Assembly: GCA_951406725.2 (NCBI GenBank) | Contig: OX597838.1 | Location: 25,482,001 to 25,546,000 of the forward strand | Reading direction: 5' to 3' | Length of the DNA: 64,000 nucleotides | From: Octopus vulgaris | Taxonomy: Eukaryota | Part shown: positions 1 through 13,610 of the stretch, piece after piece | How positions within the stretch are numbered: position 1 is the first letter of the stretch | Layout: each line of letters starts with the position of its first letter | Made by a program: the position numbers and the translations under genes | Notes under the pieces: model-generated | What the model was told of the DNA's origin: nothing | Seen by the model: the letters and a program-made list of their open reading frames with translations, nothing else | The model's database searches: none

Positions 1-609
1 AGCTGGAAATAAACCTCTCCTCCTACCATCCCCCATAAAAAATATCTTTGGCATTCTGGTAGATGACGATGTACTGAATGATGTATGCAAAAAAAAAAAA
101 AAAAAATTATATATAAAAAGACAACACAAAAAAAGAATCTTAATAAATTGAAATTTGCCTTTTAGTGGGAGAAAGAAGACAGAAACTTATTGGTAACTTT
201 ATGAGTGTGGCTGTGTGGTTAAGACATTTGTTCACTTTAAAGCCTTGCAGTTTCAGGTTCGATCCCACACTAGTGCAGCACTTGGGACACATAAGCGTCA
301 TCTGCTAAAGCTCTGAATTTGTTAGATGGAAGCTGTACAGAAGCTTGCTCTTTGCATGTGCATACACACACACACACACAAAGAACAAATAGCGAGGGAT
401 TATCAATCTGGGGAAAATACTTCATAAACTCTCTGTTGGCACACCGGGCTTAACAATATTGTTTAGATTAGTGAAGAACTCCAAGTAATCTTTTGGTAGA
501 GTTCCAAGTTATGGTTCATCACAATTCTGTATTGTAAATCTGTGGATGGGCTCCACATACACTGGTTTTTATGGGGTTATATGTAAGAAAGAAGTTAAAA
601 ATAATGGTC

Positions 610-745
610 ATCATCATCATCATTGTTTAACGTCCGTTTTCCATGCTGGTATGGGTTGGACAGTTTGACTGAAGTTTGGAAAGCCAGCGGCTTCACCAAG
701 CTCCAGTCTGATCTGTTTCTACTTCTGGATGACCTTCCCATGGCC
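610..745 (-). mobile_element. SINE-like family D fragment ((GAT)n-tailed, RTE-type 3' end)
   Basis: Reverse complement of the recurring ggaagggcatccagc...ccaacccatgccagcatggaaaacggacgttaaacgatgatgatga, also at 9540-9715, 28250-28480, 33200-33790, 39605-39800, 41370-41485, 44030-44180, 51940-52140, 61360-61545. Confidence 0.7.
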
Positions 746-824
746 AATTTCTCTATTAGAGCAAATTTGGCTTACAGCTGTTTCCAGTAGTCATTATAGG
801 TACATTACTGATAGGTTTACTCCT

Positions 825-1500
825 CATATCAAGATAAACAGCGCTTGACCTTGCAGGTGGGGCCCAGTTAAAATTTTCTTTAGGTTGAGTGGCCCCTGCT
901 GAAAAAGTCCCCGAATAAGGTTTGTTTAAGGAATTTTTGAAGGATGCAGTGTCCTGACAGCTACCATCAAAGTGACACTGGGGTAAAATATATGAAGCCC
1001 AGTATACCCATCATGACTACCGTCTGATAAGGGTACACTAGGCACATGCATCACAACCATATGTGCGTAACATGGTGATCTCATATCAAGATAAACAGCA
1101 CATGACCTTGCAGGTGGGGCCCAGTTAGAATTTTCTTCTGGTTGAGTAACCCATCTCGCTCAAAAGGTCACTGAATAAGGGTCGTTTAAGGATGTTGAAC
1201 AAAACACCCATGTTTCCAGAGGTGAATTATTCAAACACCAAAGAATTCCTTTCAACGCATGGCTATGATGCTGTCCCACTAATCCTGCTCGTGATCAGAG
1301 ATGCATATATCATCAGCCACTAAGGGACATGCTCAACTGGTTAAGGTCAAGCAACTGACAAGCAAAAATCTGTAGTATTGAGAAGAATATTTGCTGTTAG
1401 CCCCATCTTTTATACCAAGACAAAACATGTACATGATAACACTTCCAATCAGTTAAGATCAAAAGTCATGAGAGTCAGTGCCTGCTACTGCTTCAGGAAT
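825..1500. mobile_element. Dispersed repeat family E (unclassified) with an internal ~110-bp duplication (825-935 vs 1081-1190)
   Basis: tcatatcaagataaacagc...ccttgcaggtggggcccagtt occurs twice; a reverse-complement copy of the body lies at ~47830-48240. Confidence 0.7.
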
Positions 1501-1659
1501 AGGTACCGTTTCTATTATTATTCATGGAGAGCATACGTTAAATGATGATGATGATGATGATGCAGCAACTTTGCTTGGGAGCATAGCAAAGCACCAGCTG
1601 TCCACAACCAATGGAATACAGTGACACTCATCATTCAGATTCTGAGAACTCTGCAGAGA

Positions 1660-2030
1660 ATTCATGCTGTTCCAAACAACACCGTTTCCTGTAAATGCTG
1701 TTTTCCTATTTACTCCTATTATTTCAATCCAATTTTCTGAGTTTTGGTACTTAGAGTTCCCAAGGCTCCAACAACAACAACAACAACAACAGTTCCACTC
1801 ATATCTTTTTCAATGGCCGCAGTCTTTTTATCTCCTACTTCATATCATCTCACTTGACCTGCTTCTCGTCTTCCCGTTTCGTTACTCTCTCATTATCAGA
1901 ACGTGCAGTATCCATGATTAAACAGGTTTTCCACCTCTTTATTCACAACCACTATATCCGGCTTTCAATGTTCAATTTCATGGTGCATTGGATCATTATA
2001 TTTCTCAGTATCTTTGCCTTGTCATTCTTT
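1660..2030 (-). mobile_element. Degenerate R4/Dong-like non-LTR retrotransposon 3' fragment (restriction-like endonuclease region)
   Basis: Minus strand reads ...IEH*KPDIVVVNK...CLIMD...EIKRL... across frameshifts; homologous to the better copy at 44275-44733; abuts a (TTA)n tract at 2030-2095. Confidence 0.7.
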
Positions 2031-2119
2031 ATTATTATTATTGTTATTAATTATCATTATTGTTATTATTGTTGTTGTTGTTGTTGTTATTATTAACCAC
2101 TGAGCGCATGGCTAATCAC

Positions 2120-2456
2120 TGAGCACATGTCTCAGTGGTTAGAGTATCGAGCTTACGATCGTGATGTTGTGAGCTCGAATCCCGGACCAGGCTGCGTGTT
2201 GTGTTCTTGAGCGAGGCACTTTATTTCACGTTGCTCCAGTTCACTCAGCTGTAGAAATGAGCTGCGACGTCACAGGTGCCAAGCTGTATTGGCCATTGCC
2301 TTTCCTTTGAATAACACTGGTGGCGTGGAGAGAGGGGAGGCCGGTATGCATGGGTGACTGCTGGTCTTCCATAAACAACCTTGCCCGGACTTGTATCTGA
2401 GAGGGTAACTTTCTAGGTGCAATCCCATGGTCAGTGTCGTGACCGAAGGGGGTTTC
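2120..2456 (+). mobile_element. tRNA-derived SINE family C
   Basis: A-box-like tctcagtggttagag and B-box-like gagctcgaatccc, then ttgagcgaggcactttatttcacgttgctccagttcactcagctg. Other copies: 4553-4680 (partial), 51277-51580 (+), 52400-52690 (-). Confidence 0.85.
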
Positions 2457-2458
2457 AG

Positions 2459-2497
<39 letters not shown>

Positions 2498-2512
2498 GAA
2501 CTAACTGATAAG

Positions 2513-2935
2513 CAGGGAGCTGGTAGAATCGTTACTGTGCCAAACAAAAATGCTTAGCAGCATTTTGTCCATCTTGTTCTGAGTTCAAATTCCACCGAGA
2601 TTGACTTGCCTTTCATCATTTTTGGGATCGATGAAATAAGTACCAGTTATACATTGGTGTCAGTGTTATTGTCTAGCCCCCCTCCCCCAAAATATCAGGT
2701 TTTGTGCCTATAGCAGAAAGGATTATTGAGCTGGCAGAATCGACAGTAAGCCAGGCAAAATGTTTAGCAGCATTTCATCTATCTTTACATTCTGAGTTCA
2801 AATTCAACCAAGGTCGACTTTGCCTTTCATCTTATTGAGGTCAATGAAATAAATATCAGTTGAACATTGGGTGTAATCGACTAGTCCCCTACCCCGAAAT
2901 TTCAGGCCTTGTGCCTATAATAGAAAGGATTATTA

Positions 2936-2970
<35 letters not shown>
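2513..2970 (+). mobile_element. Two tandem tRNA-derived SINE family B copies with (ATT)n tails
   Basis: gagctggcagaatcg...gagttcaaattccaccgaggtcgactttgcctttcatcctttcggggtcgataaaataagtaccag core; flanked by (TTA)n. Confidence 0.85.
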
Positions 2971-2972
<2 letters not shown>

Positions 2973-4684
2973 CTGTTGCATTGTCTTTTAAGCTGAGAGA
3001 TTAAGGCATTGATAATGCCTTAATCCTATTTCTAGCTTTATCCTACCCTTGTCCAAGTGTACTGCCTTCAGTTTAGTGGTATAACATATGAATTTACCAC
3101 CAGTATCACTGCAGTCACCACTAAACCAATGTTGGGGAACCTTTGAGTAGAAGTTCAGTCTGCTAGAAACAGCAGCCAAATCTCTTTCAAACTAGAAGTT
3201 ATCATCTTGAAAATGAAAAAGCTGTAGGGGTATATAATATAGCACATTGCTTATGGGAGGGGCGGAGGGAACGATGGTCACAGATGGAATGGTTTTGACC
3301 ATAGGGCTGTTTATTCATGGTTGTCCTGCTGCTAAGCAACAGCACTATTCCTAGAATTGGACAACGGTTGCATGACCTGCTACAAATAGCAGTCAAGTCG
3401 CCCTCAAATTGCACTCTACCAATCTAAAAATATAGAAATTCGCTCTTCTTTTTCTTGCTCGGTGTTCTCAGTGGGTTTCTATTGAGATAACACAGGTTTT
3501 TATCATTTCTGACCTTTCTCTATGCATACACACAAGCATGTGTGTACACAAACATACAAAGTACCATGTGCACGCACACACACACACACAAGCATATGTA
3601 TGCACAGTCATACAATTAAATGCAGATAATCACACAGAATTGTGCACACATACATAAACACATAGCACATGTACAAAAACAGCCACACACAGACTCACAT
3701 GTGCACACACACACACACATGACTACAAAATTGCAGAAATGCGCATAATATAATATCATACAGAAACACATACACATATAACCATGAACACGCTCACACA
3801 CATATAACCAGTGACACACATGCACACATAAGGCCATGAACATACACACATAGCTACATGCATACATACAGACACATATAACTACAAACACACATACATA
3901 CACATAACCACAAACATACACACACTCATATAGTAGCAAACATACATATACACACATATAACCACAAACATACCCATACACATAGCATCGAATACACACA
4001 CACACAAACACACACATCCACCCATGCTTACACACACATAACCACAAACATACACACATGTATTGGCACAAAGATATTAACATATAGCTTCAAACACACA
4101 CACACACACATATAGTCACAAACACAGACACACATACATGTATAGGTACCTATAGCCACAAACATACAAACATATCCACACACATAAATACATACATACA
4201 CATAGCTACGAACACACACACACATATATATAGGCACAAAGATATTCACATTTAGCTATGAGCAAACACACATGTACACACACACACACACATATAGAGC
4301 CATGAACACACACACAGCCACAAACACACACACTTAAATATAGCCTCACACATACACGCTCATAAATACATACACTGACACCCTGTACCTGTGTCAGAAA
4401 TGATACATTTAGAAAGAGATTGCCAAGCGTAATAATACCCGGTTGTATTTAGTTATCTCCCTTTGCATTCTAAGTTCAAATCCTGTTGATGTCAACATCG
4501 CTCTTCTTCCTTCTGGGGGTGAGATTGGCAATACAATAAGCGTAAACTCGATCTGGAGAGGGAAGGCCAGCATGCATGGGTGACTACTGGTCTTCCATAA
4601 ACAACCTTGCCCGAACCTGTGCCTGGGAGGGTAACTTTCTAGGTGCAATCCCATGGTCAGTCATGACCGAAGGGGGTCTCAGCA

Positions 4685-5487
4685 GCACTGAGGCTGACTT
4701 CACCTTTCATCCTTTTGGGACTGGTAAAATAAAAGTACCAGTGAAATACTGGGGTCGATGTAATTGACTAGTCACCTCCCACCAAAATTGAGGCCTTGTG
4801 CCTTTAATAAAATCCTTATTATTATCACTATTAAGATGGCGATCTGGCAGAATTGTTAGCACACTGGACGAAATGCTTAGCAGTATTTCACCCATCACTA
4901 TGTTCTGAGTTCAAATTCTGCCGAGGTCAACTTTACCTTTCATCCTTCCGGGGTCGATAAAATAATTACCGGTTGGACACTGGAATCGATGTAATCAACT
5001 AGTCCCTTCCACCAAACAATTGCTGCCGTTGTAGCAAAATTTGAAACCATTATTATTATTATTAAGAAGGTGGCGTGGTGGCAGAAATGTTAGCGCACTG
5101 GGTGAAATACTTAACGGTATTTCATCTGTCTTTCTGTTCTGAGTTCAGATTCCACCGAGGTCGACTTTGCCTTTCATCCTTTTGAGGTCAATAAATTAAG
5201 TACCAGTTGCATACTGGAGTCGATCTAATCAACTGCCCCCTCCCCCAAAATGTCAGGCTTTGTGCCTAGCATAGAAAAGATTATTATTATTATTATTATT
5301 ATTATTATTGGTGGTGAGCTGACAGAGTTGTTAGCATGCTGGACAAAATGCTTAGTGGTATTTTGCCCACCTTTCATCCGTTCGGGGTCGATTAAGTAAG
5401 TACCAGTTATGCATTGGGGAGGGGCGATGTAATCAATTTAATCCCTTCCCCCAAATTTGAGGGCTTGTGCTTCAAATTGAAAGGATT
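4685..5487 (+). mobile_element. Head-to-tail cluster of four SINE family B copies separated by (TTA)n
   Basis: Family B core recurs at ~4700, ~4930, ~5165 and ~5370; a further copy lies at 5875-6095. Confidence 0.85.
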
Positions 5488-5860
5488 GGCTCTGTGGTAA
5501 GTAGCTTGCTTACTGACCACATGGTTCCAGGTTCAGTCCCACTGCGTGGCACCTTGGGTAAGTGTCTTCTATTAGAGCCTCGGGCTGACCAAAGCCTTGT
5601 GAGTGGATTTGATAGACAGAAACTGAAAGAAGCCCTTCGTATATATATATATATGTGTGTGTGTATGTGTGTGTATGTTTGTATGTCTGAGTTTGTCACC
5701 CCACCATCGCTTGACAACCGATGTTGGTGTGTTCTTGTCACTGTAACTTAGCAGTTCGGCAAAAGAGGCCGATAGAATAAGTACTAAGCTTACAAAGAAT
5801 AAGTACTTGGGTCCAGCATGGCCGCAGTCAAATGACTGAAACAAGTAAATAAAAAAAATT
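5487..5860 (+). mobile_element. tRNA-derived SINE family A (internal TA/TG microsatellite)
   Basis: A box tggctctgtgg, B box ggttcagtccc, body gcaccttgggtaagtgtcttct...gtgagtggatttg..., 3' end ccagcatggccgcagtcaaatgactgaaacaagtaaa. Confidence 0.88.
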
Positions 5861-8779
5861 TAAATAAAAATAAAAGGTAGGGAGCTGGCAGAATTCTTAG
5901 CATGCCAGCAAAGTGCTTAGCGGCATTTTGTCCGTTTTTGTTTTGAGTTCAAATTTCGCCAAGGTCACCTTTGCCCTTCATCATTTTTAGATTGATAAAA
6001 TAAATACCAGATGTGCGCTGGGGGTGATGTAATCAAGTAGAGGCACTTCCACACAAATTTCAGGCCTTGTGCCTATAGCAGAAAAGGGTTATTATCAGTG
6101 GTTGTAGCTCTTGTAAGAGCAACAACAGCAGTACCAGCTAACCAAGTTCGACAAGCCAGTGATAAAGTTCTTAGTTTGGGGGCCTTTCCACTTCGATGTT
6201 CCATCTCTCCAAACCTTGTTTAATGAAGGCAACAAGTCCCTCCTTTTTTTAAAGCTGAACACCTCATTACGCAAGACATGCTCATCAATATCGTCATTAT
6301 AATCAGCATGATTATCATTAACTTCATTAGCACATCAAGCTCATTGTGCAGTGATACACTTGACAGTGGTGGTGGTGGTGGTGGAAATAGTAGTAGTAGT
6401 AGTAGCAGCGATGGTGGTGGTGGTGGGGTAGCACTAGTAATAGTAGTCGTGATACTGGTAGTAGTAGCTGGAGGTGATAGTAATAGGAATAAAAGGGAGT
6501 GGGTGGGTAGCAGGAACGGTGGTGGTGGGGGTTGTAGGAACGGTAGTGGTGGTGGTCGTAATGAGAATGGTATTACTGGTGGTAGTCACAGTTGTATTCA
6601 TGGTGGTGATGGCAGCAGCTACAGTGGTGGTGATGTGTTGGTGATAGAGGCCTAAATAGTTATGATGCTGCTGCTGTTGCCAATGATGATGATGATGATG
6701 ATGATAACGTGTTCCTTAATAGTAGTTGTGGTGGTAACAACAGTGGGTGGGTGGGGGCAGGATGAGATAGTAGCTGTGATGTTGGTGGTAGTGATGATGA
6801 TGGTGGTGGTGGTGGTGGTGGTTATTTAGCCCTGGGTTAATTCTGACCAAGAAAGCCTATTAACAAGGAGGCATTCCAGCTGTGACCATCCTGTCTTTTC
6901 AGAGAGTTTATAACTTAGGATTACATAAACCAATATCTCTTTGTATTTTTTTTTTGTTTTGTTTTGCTTTTTGCAAGGCAGTAGAATGTGGTTGAAGGGA
7001 GATTTGGCTGCTATTTTTCGCAAGTCTTGTTACCCCTTAAAATGCACCCTCATCAGTTCATAATGGTTAATAGTATCGGAGATGGTTAAGAGTGGAGTTT
7101 GTTGTTGTTGTTCTGGATGGTTTTGAAAGGTTACCATTGGGACATGCACACACACACACACACACACACATTTAGCATAGTGCCGGTGGCCAATCAGTAA
7201 GGGTATGGCATTTGGAGGCCCCAGGGTGAAAGTGGATGTGTATGGGTATTGTGTGGTTGGTGATGTTGTTTAATCCCAGGTCAGTCCTGATTGAGCAGTT
7301 TTATGATCATAGGCATTCCAGCCATGACCGTTCTGTTTTTTTTTTCCTTATGTTGCAAGAAACCCAGGAGCTGTATTATCCAGCATGTCCCATGTCCATT
7401 TCTTAGGACATGCTGGACAATGTGATTTGAAGGAGATTTGGCTACTATTTTTGGCAATTTGAATGACTATGTTTAGGCTTGCTCTTTGGTTCCGAATCAG
7501 AGAAAGTTATGCTGATGGTGGTGGTGGTGGTGAGTATGAGGATGGCAGTTGCGATGGCAACAACTACAAGAACAACAGATGCTGCAGCAACAACAACAAT
7601 CATCACCACAATCTTCATCATCATTATTATCAGCGACAGCAACGGTCTGTTCAGCTTACTCTTCTTCCTCTCCTTTCTCTTCCCCCGTCTCACTTTCTCT
7701 CTCCCCCCTCTCTCTCTTCCTCTTCCTCTCCCATGCATAACCACCTTCACTGCCACCATAACCAATAACTGACACACTTTCTCTTTTACACTCTCTTACT
7801 TTCACTTTCTCTTTTATACTCTCTTACTTTCACTTTCTCTTCTACACATTCTCTCTCTTTTCTCGTCTCTGTCAGTTTATCTCTCTTTCTCCTTTTCTGT
7901 CTGTCTGTCTCCTCCTCTCTCTCTCTCTCTCTCCATACACTTTCTCTTTTGCAAACATCATTTCTCTCAACACACACTCACACATACATGCATAATTTCT
8001 CTCTTTTTCTCTATCTCTTTCTTCCTCTCTTTCTCTTCTGCATACATTCTCTCTATAAACATCTGCATATCCTCTCTCTCTCTCTCTCGTGTTCTGTTAC
8101 TTACTCTCTCATATGTTTTCTCTCTCCCTCTCTCTCCATACACACTGCCTTCCTAACAAACCCACTCTTCCTCCTCCTCCTCCTCTCTCCTCCTTTTATC
8201 TGATGCTGACTATTTCACTGTCACGGGACTCTAAGAAACCATTATAGCACCAAAGACGCAGCTGCTGCTGCTACTGATGCTAGTGGTAGACTACTACTAC
8301 TAGTAGAGTAGTAGTAGTAGTGATGATGGGAGCAGTGGTACAATAGTAGTAGTAGCAGTAGTAGTCTTGGTACTTTGTATAGTAGCAGTTGTAGTAATGA
8401 CCTTATGGTAGGCTGCTGCTACAGTAGTTACTACAGCTGCTGCTGTTACTACTACCATCACCACCATCACCACCACTACTGCTGCTGCTGTGGCCTTTAC
8501 TATTACTACTACTGATGCTATTACTACGACTACTACAACCCTCTTTTACAGTTCCTATCTGTACCTCAACCACCATCACTATAATCACCACAGTTCAACC
8601 ACCACACTTGCTACTGTCTCAACCACTAAGGCAACAGCCATTACCACTGCTACTGCCACAGCTACAACCATAATCAGCACCACCACCACCACCACCAATA
8701 ACAACAACTTGTACTAAACGTTAGTAACATCTTTGGTCCCTGACCACAGATTCAGTTTTAAGGCATTTGTGACTGTAAT

Positions 8780-9320
8780 TTTTCAGGCTAGTTAGTTGGG
8801 ACAGCACCGGACATTTCTGTAATGTGTGACCCATTAATCTGTTGGGACATTACCAGAGACCTATGCTATATGGTAACACATCTGTCTGTCTGTTGGGACA
8901 TTGGTGACGAATTCTGCAAAGTATAATTCACCTGTCTGTTTGTTGGGACTTTGCTGGAGAATTCCGTAATGTGTAACTCATGCATCTAATTTGTTGGAAC
9001 ATCACCTGAGGCTTCCGTAATTCATAACCCATGAGTGTAGTTAGTTGAGATATTACTGGACACTTTTGTTATGTCTAAACCCATCTGCCTAATTTGTTAG
9101 GATGTCATGGTAAATTTCTCTAATGTGTAACCCATGGGGTCTAAGTTTGTTGGGACATCTGTGAAAACTTCTCTTATGTGTAGCTCATTAGTCTCTTCGT
9201 TAAGACATCACTTTAGACTTTTATAGTGTGCAATCCATTAGTTTAGTCTGTTGGGACATCCCTGGAGACTTCTGTTAAGTGTAACCTATTGACCTGTTTT
9301 GTCCAGACATTAATGAAATG
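8780..9320. repeat. Degenerate ~55-60 bp minisatellite (~9 units)
   Basis: Recurring gttgggacat...ttctgtaatgtgtaacccat at roughly 60-bp spacing. Confidence 0.75.
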
Positions 9321-9424
9321 TGTCACTTCAGTGGCTTGGTGTTGAGGACAGGCCTGTGTTCAAGGTCTTCTGATGACCTTCAAAGACCATCGAGTTTGGT
9401 ATGGTGCATTGTTGGGGTTCCTCT

Positions 9425-9790
9425 TAACCCTTTAACATTCAAACTGGCCATTCTGGGCCAAATGTTTTACCTGTTGTATTGTTCAAACTAGCCAGATCTA
9501 GCTTCTCACACCTACTCTACAATGTCGTTCTAAATTTGTGGCATGTAAAAAGTACCCACTACACTCACAGAGTGGTTGGCGTTAGGAAGGGCATCCAGCC
9601 ATAGAAACATTGCCAGATCGGACTGGGCCTGGTGCAGCCTTCTGACCTCCCAGACCCAGTTGAACCGTCCAACCCATGCTAGCATGGAAAGCAGACGCTA
9701 AATGATGATGATGATGCCATTGGAATTTCAAAACTACAAGAGATTGCATGTTTAATTCAAAACAATGTGAATAAACAAGCATTATATTAA
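9425..9790 (+). mobile_element. TTAA-type (piggyBac-like) MITE family F, interrupted by a family D SINE (9540-9715)
   Basis: Starts TTAA CCCTTTAAC; the body matches the near-complete copy at 34926-35148, which ends gctaaagggctaa. Confidence 0.7.
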
Positions 9791-11319
9791 CTACTCCTGG
9801 GTATGAGTATCAAAAAAACAAACTGTTTTCCTCTGCCAAGCCATGTTGAGCCAGTGTGGAAGAATAGGCTCATGAAACCAATCTAATCTTAAGCTCAAAT
9901 TCACTGCCTCCACATCAGACCATAGTTGGTGGAGAGAACATGCTGAGGTCCTCATCCTATGAACATAGGCAATCCAATCCAATCCATATCTGACAATGCA
10001 ATCTGAATACTAAAGAGTTAAAACAGGATTCATGTATCATCCACAGAAAAAATACAAGTAGGGCGAGAATTCTAAAGGGCTGATGTAGCGGAGGAAGGAC
10101 TGGTGGGGTTTCCAGGCATAGAGGATATTTCAAAGCCTGAGATAATACATTGTGTGGGGTGATGAGAAGTAGAGAGATACACAGACAAAAATACAATTTC
10201 GTATGGACATGACGTAACGCTACAGACATGATGTAAAGCTGCAGCTTTTGTTATTGGTAGGAGGGTCTCGCCAACAGCCTGGTCAACAGTGGTGCTGGCA
10301 TTGTTGTAAACCAGGCCCCATTTTAACCAGCAAGGTTGCTTGATCTGCTCAGTGTAGCAGATAAACCATTCTCTTCTCTCAGCTTGTTCTTACCACCATC
10401 CTCTCTCTGCTTCCATGCTCTTCCTATCACCATCATCTTCGCACAGCCACCTTCTTCTCATCCCTTATTCTTCCCATCACCTTCCTCATACTCTCACCCT
10501 TTTCTAGTTGGTCTGTTCCTTTCTTCTGACCATTTTCAATCTCTCTCTCTCCCTCTCTCTCTCTTTTTGTTTAGAACTATTAAAGGAATGTGACATCATA
10601 GGTGGCTGAGGGCGGTGTGTGTGGGGTGGAGGAATTAGGACAGGGGTGGTGCACCCGGCAATAATAATGAATTAACATCAATGAACAACCAACCAACACA
10701 CGCATACACCCACAATGTAAACACAGACAAAACAATTCTGCAGACCTCACAAACATTGCAACATATGCGGGGACAGACAGACACACAGACACATACACAC
10801 ACTACTCAGACATAAGATAAATACACACACACATTGCAACATACACACACTACTCAGACATAAGATAAATACACACACACATTGCAACATACACACACAT
10901 GCACACAACATACACACATAGTCACATGCACATAACACACACACACACAACACATACATACTTATGCACATGAAACATACATGTATGCAACACAACACAT
11001 ACACACAAACACACACACACAAACACACACACACAATTTGGTAAAGTAGCTGAACATGTTTGGTCTGACGAAGACATGAAGACTATTTGTAATGTTTGGT
11101 CAGAAGTTGCCCTGACAATGTCCTGTCCAAGACTTGGACGTTGTACTGAGCATTTGATAAACTACTGCAGTAATAGTGTGGGCCCGGGGTCAACCCAGCT
11201 GGAGCAGATTTTACATAATCGAAAGCATTCCTCCTCGTCATTTTAAAGCTACACTTAGGACTACATTATCTGACATATTCCATCCCCATTGAAGATTGCA
11301 GCATGCGGTTTCTAGGAGA

Positions 11320-11920
11320 TTTCACTGCTATTTATAGCATGTGGAACAACATCAGAGTGGCCATGTCCTCACATGTCCTTGTATTATGAGAGGGAGTCAG
11401 GCCTTGTGCTTATAACAAAAAGGATTATATAGCGGGATACTTGGCTGCTATTTCTAGTAGATGTAATAACATCATTGAGACCTCCTTATTAGCTCATGTG
11501 GCCTTGTATTATTATACAGGGGAAGATTTGGCTGCTATTTCTAGTAAGTGGAAAGAGGGTGATTTGGCTGATATTTCTAGCGAGTGGAATGAGATCATAG
11601 ACATCTCCTTATTAGTTCATATGTCCTTGAATGATTATTTAGAGTTATGACTGCTATTTCTAGCAGATGCTTCTTTATTCACTCATATGTTCTTACATGA
11701 AATTTGGCTGCTATTTCTAGCAGAAGTAATGACACCATAGAGGCCTTCTTATTTGCTCATATGTTTTTGTATGAGTTTTGGCTGCTATTTCTAGCAGATG
11801 GAATGACACCATAGAGGCCTTATTATTCGCTCATATGTCCTTGTATGAGCTTTGGCTACTATTTCTAGCAAATTGAATGACACCATAGAGGCTTTCATAT
11901 TCACTCATATGTCCTTGTAT
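11320..11920. repeat. ~70-bp minisatellite built on tttggctgctatttctagcag
   Basis: About 8 units of ttggctgctatttctagcag...gacaccatagaggcc...ctcatatgtccttgtat. Confidence 0.8.
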
Positions 11921-12212
11921 TATTGTATACATTGGCAGATGCAGGAATAAGATTAGGATTAATGTTCATTAAGTGGGGGATTGAAAGCTTATTTCAATCA
12001 CAGTTTAGAGGGATTAGTTATGGAGTACAAATGAAGGGGAGAATTAGGGGTGGGGGTTGTGTAAAATCATCATCAATCAATCAATCATATGTTATCAATA
12101 ATAGTGAACTAATAAATGTGACCTTCTCCTTATTTGGAGGGCAACACCTGGTTTTTCCCCTCTGTCCCCTGTCTCTGGTCTGTTTCAAGGACAAAAGGCA
12201 GTGTGGTAAGAA

Positions 12213-12430
12213 GTTAGCTGGCAGAAACCTTAGCATGCCGGGAGAAATGCTTAGCGGTATTTCGTTGAGTTCAAATTCCGCCGAGGTTGGATTTGCCTTT
12301 CATCCTTTCGGGGTCGATAAATTTAGTACCAGTTACGCACTGGGGGTTGATGTAATCGACTTAATCCCTTTGTCTGTCCTTGTTTGTCCCCTCTGTGTTT
12401 AATCCCTTGTGGGCAATAAAGAAATAAGAA
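12213..12430 (+). mobile_element. SINE family B, variant tail (ccccttgtgggcaataaagaaataag)
   Basis: Family B head and core; same variant tail at 26503-26740 (-), 40015-40245 (+), 45611-45815 (+). Confidence 0.8.
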
Positions 12431-12588
12431 GTTAGCTTTCCAGAAACATAGTTTTGGGTTCAATCTCAATACATGGAAACTTGGGCAAGTGTCTTCTACT
12501 ATAACCTTGGGCAGACCAAAGACTTCTAAGTGGATTCAGTAGATGGAAAGTGTGGAAACCCATTGTGTGTATGTGTATGTATAATACA

Positions 12589-12627
<39 letters not shown>

Positions 12628-13289
12628 GTATTCAACAGTGAGAATAAGAATTCAACAATACTGTGTTGGTAGATAAATATCCCTTATTTGTGGATTAACA
12701 AGGCAACCGATGGTTTCACGTGAAAGAGATCTTCACAATTGTTCAAACTCACTGCTTTGGAATCTTGATACTTTTTTCCATTTTGGATGAGAATTTGCCT
12801 TGTTAATCCACGAATAAAGTATGTATTGGTGGGGACGATTTCTTTGCCTAATCTAAACCCTTTGATATGGTGCCCCAGCATGGCCACAAGAAAGGGTAAA
12901 ATCCAAAGTTCTTGTTACAGCAGTTGCTTGTGTGTATGTGTGTCTGGTAGCAAAGAAGTTTGCTATGCAACAATGTGGTTTTGGGTTCGATCCCCAATGC
13001 AGGCAGCATTTTGAGAACATATCTTTATCTAAAGGTCCAGGCAAGCCAGTGAGTAAATATGGTGAATGGAAACTGTGTGGAAGCCTGTTATGTATGTATA
13101 TGTTTGTGGTTGTTTCTTTCTATTAGATAGGTGTGGGTTTGTTTATGTCTCTGTAACTTAGCTGTTTGGCAAAAAAAAAAAAACTGACTGAACTATTTAT
13201 GTGACTTAAAATAAGTACTGGAATTGGTTTAGTTAATCAAAAGCAAAATCCTTCAGAGCAGTGCCCCAGCATGGCCACAGGCCAGTTGT

Positions 13290-13610
13290 GGCTGAGCTCC
13301 TTGTTGGTTATGATGACAAGTGTTTCAGATTGATTTGGTTAATGGAACGGCCTGCTCGTGAAATTAATGTGCAAGTGGCTGAGTGCTCCACAGACACACA
13401 TACTCTTTAATGTAGTTCTCAGGGAGATTCAGCATGACGCAGAATGTGACAAGGCTGGCCCTTTTGGAATACAGGTACAATTCATTTAGCCAGCTGAGTG
13501 GATAAGAGCTATGTGGAATAAAGTGTCTTGCTCAAGGACATCGCCACTGAGAATTGAACTCGTGACCTGACGGTTATGAGCCAAGTACTCTAGCCACTAA
13601 GCTAGATGCC
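13290..13610 (-). mobile_element. tRNA-derived SINE family H
   Basis: Minus-strand head tagcttagtggctagagtac...gagttcaattct; body gtggctgagtgctccacagacac; plus-strand copy at 62993-63320. Confidence 0.75.

Noticed and set aside
9850-10000. Minus-strand LDWIAYVHRM as an RTE fragment
   Set aside because: Resembles RLRWAGHVxRM but is too short and degraded to call.
8780-11920. Regularly spaced repeats suggestive of CRISPR arrays
   Set aside because: Eukaryotic context, the 'spacers' are similar to each other, and there are no cas genes; these are minisatellites.
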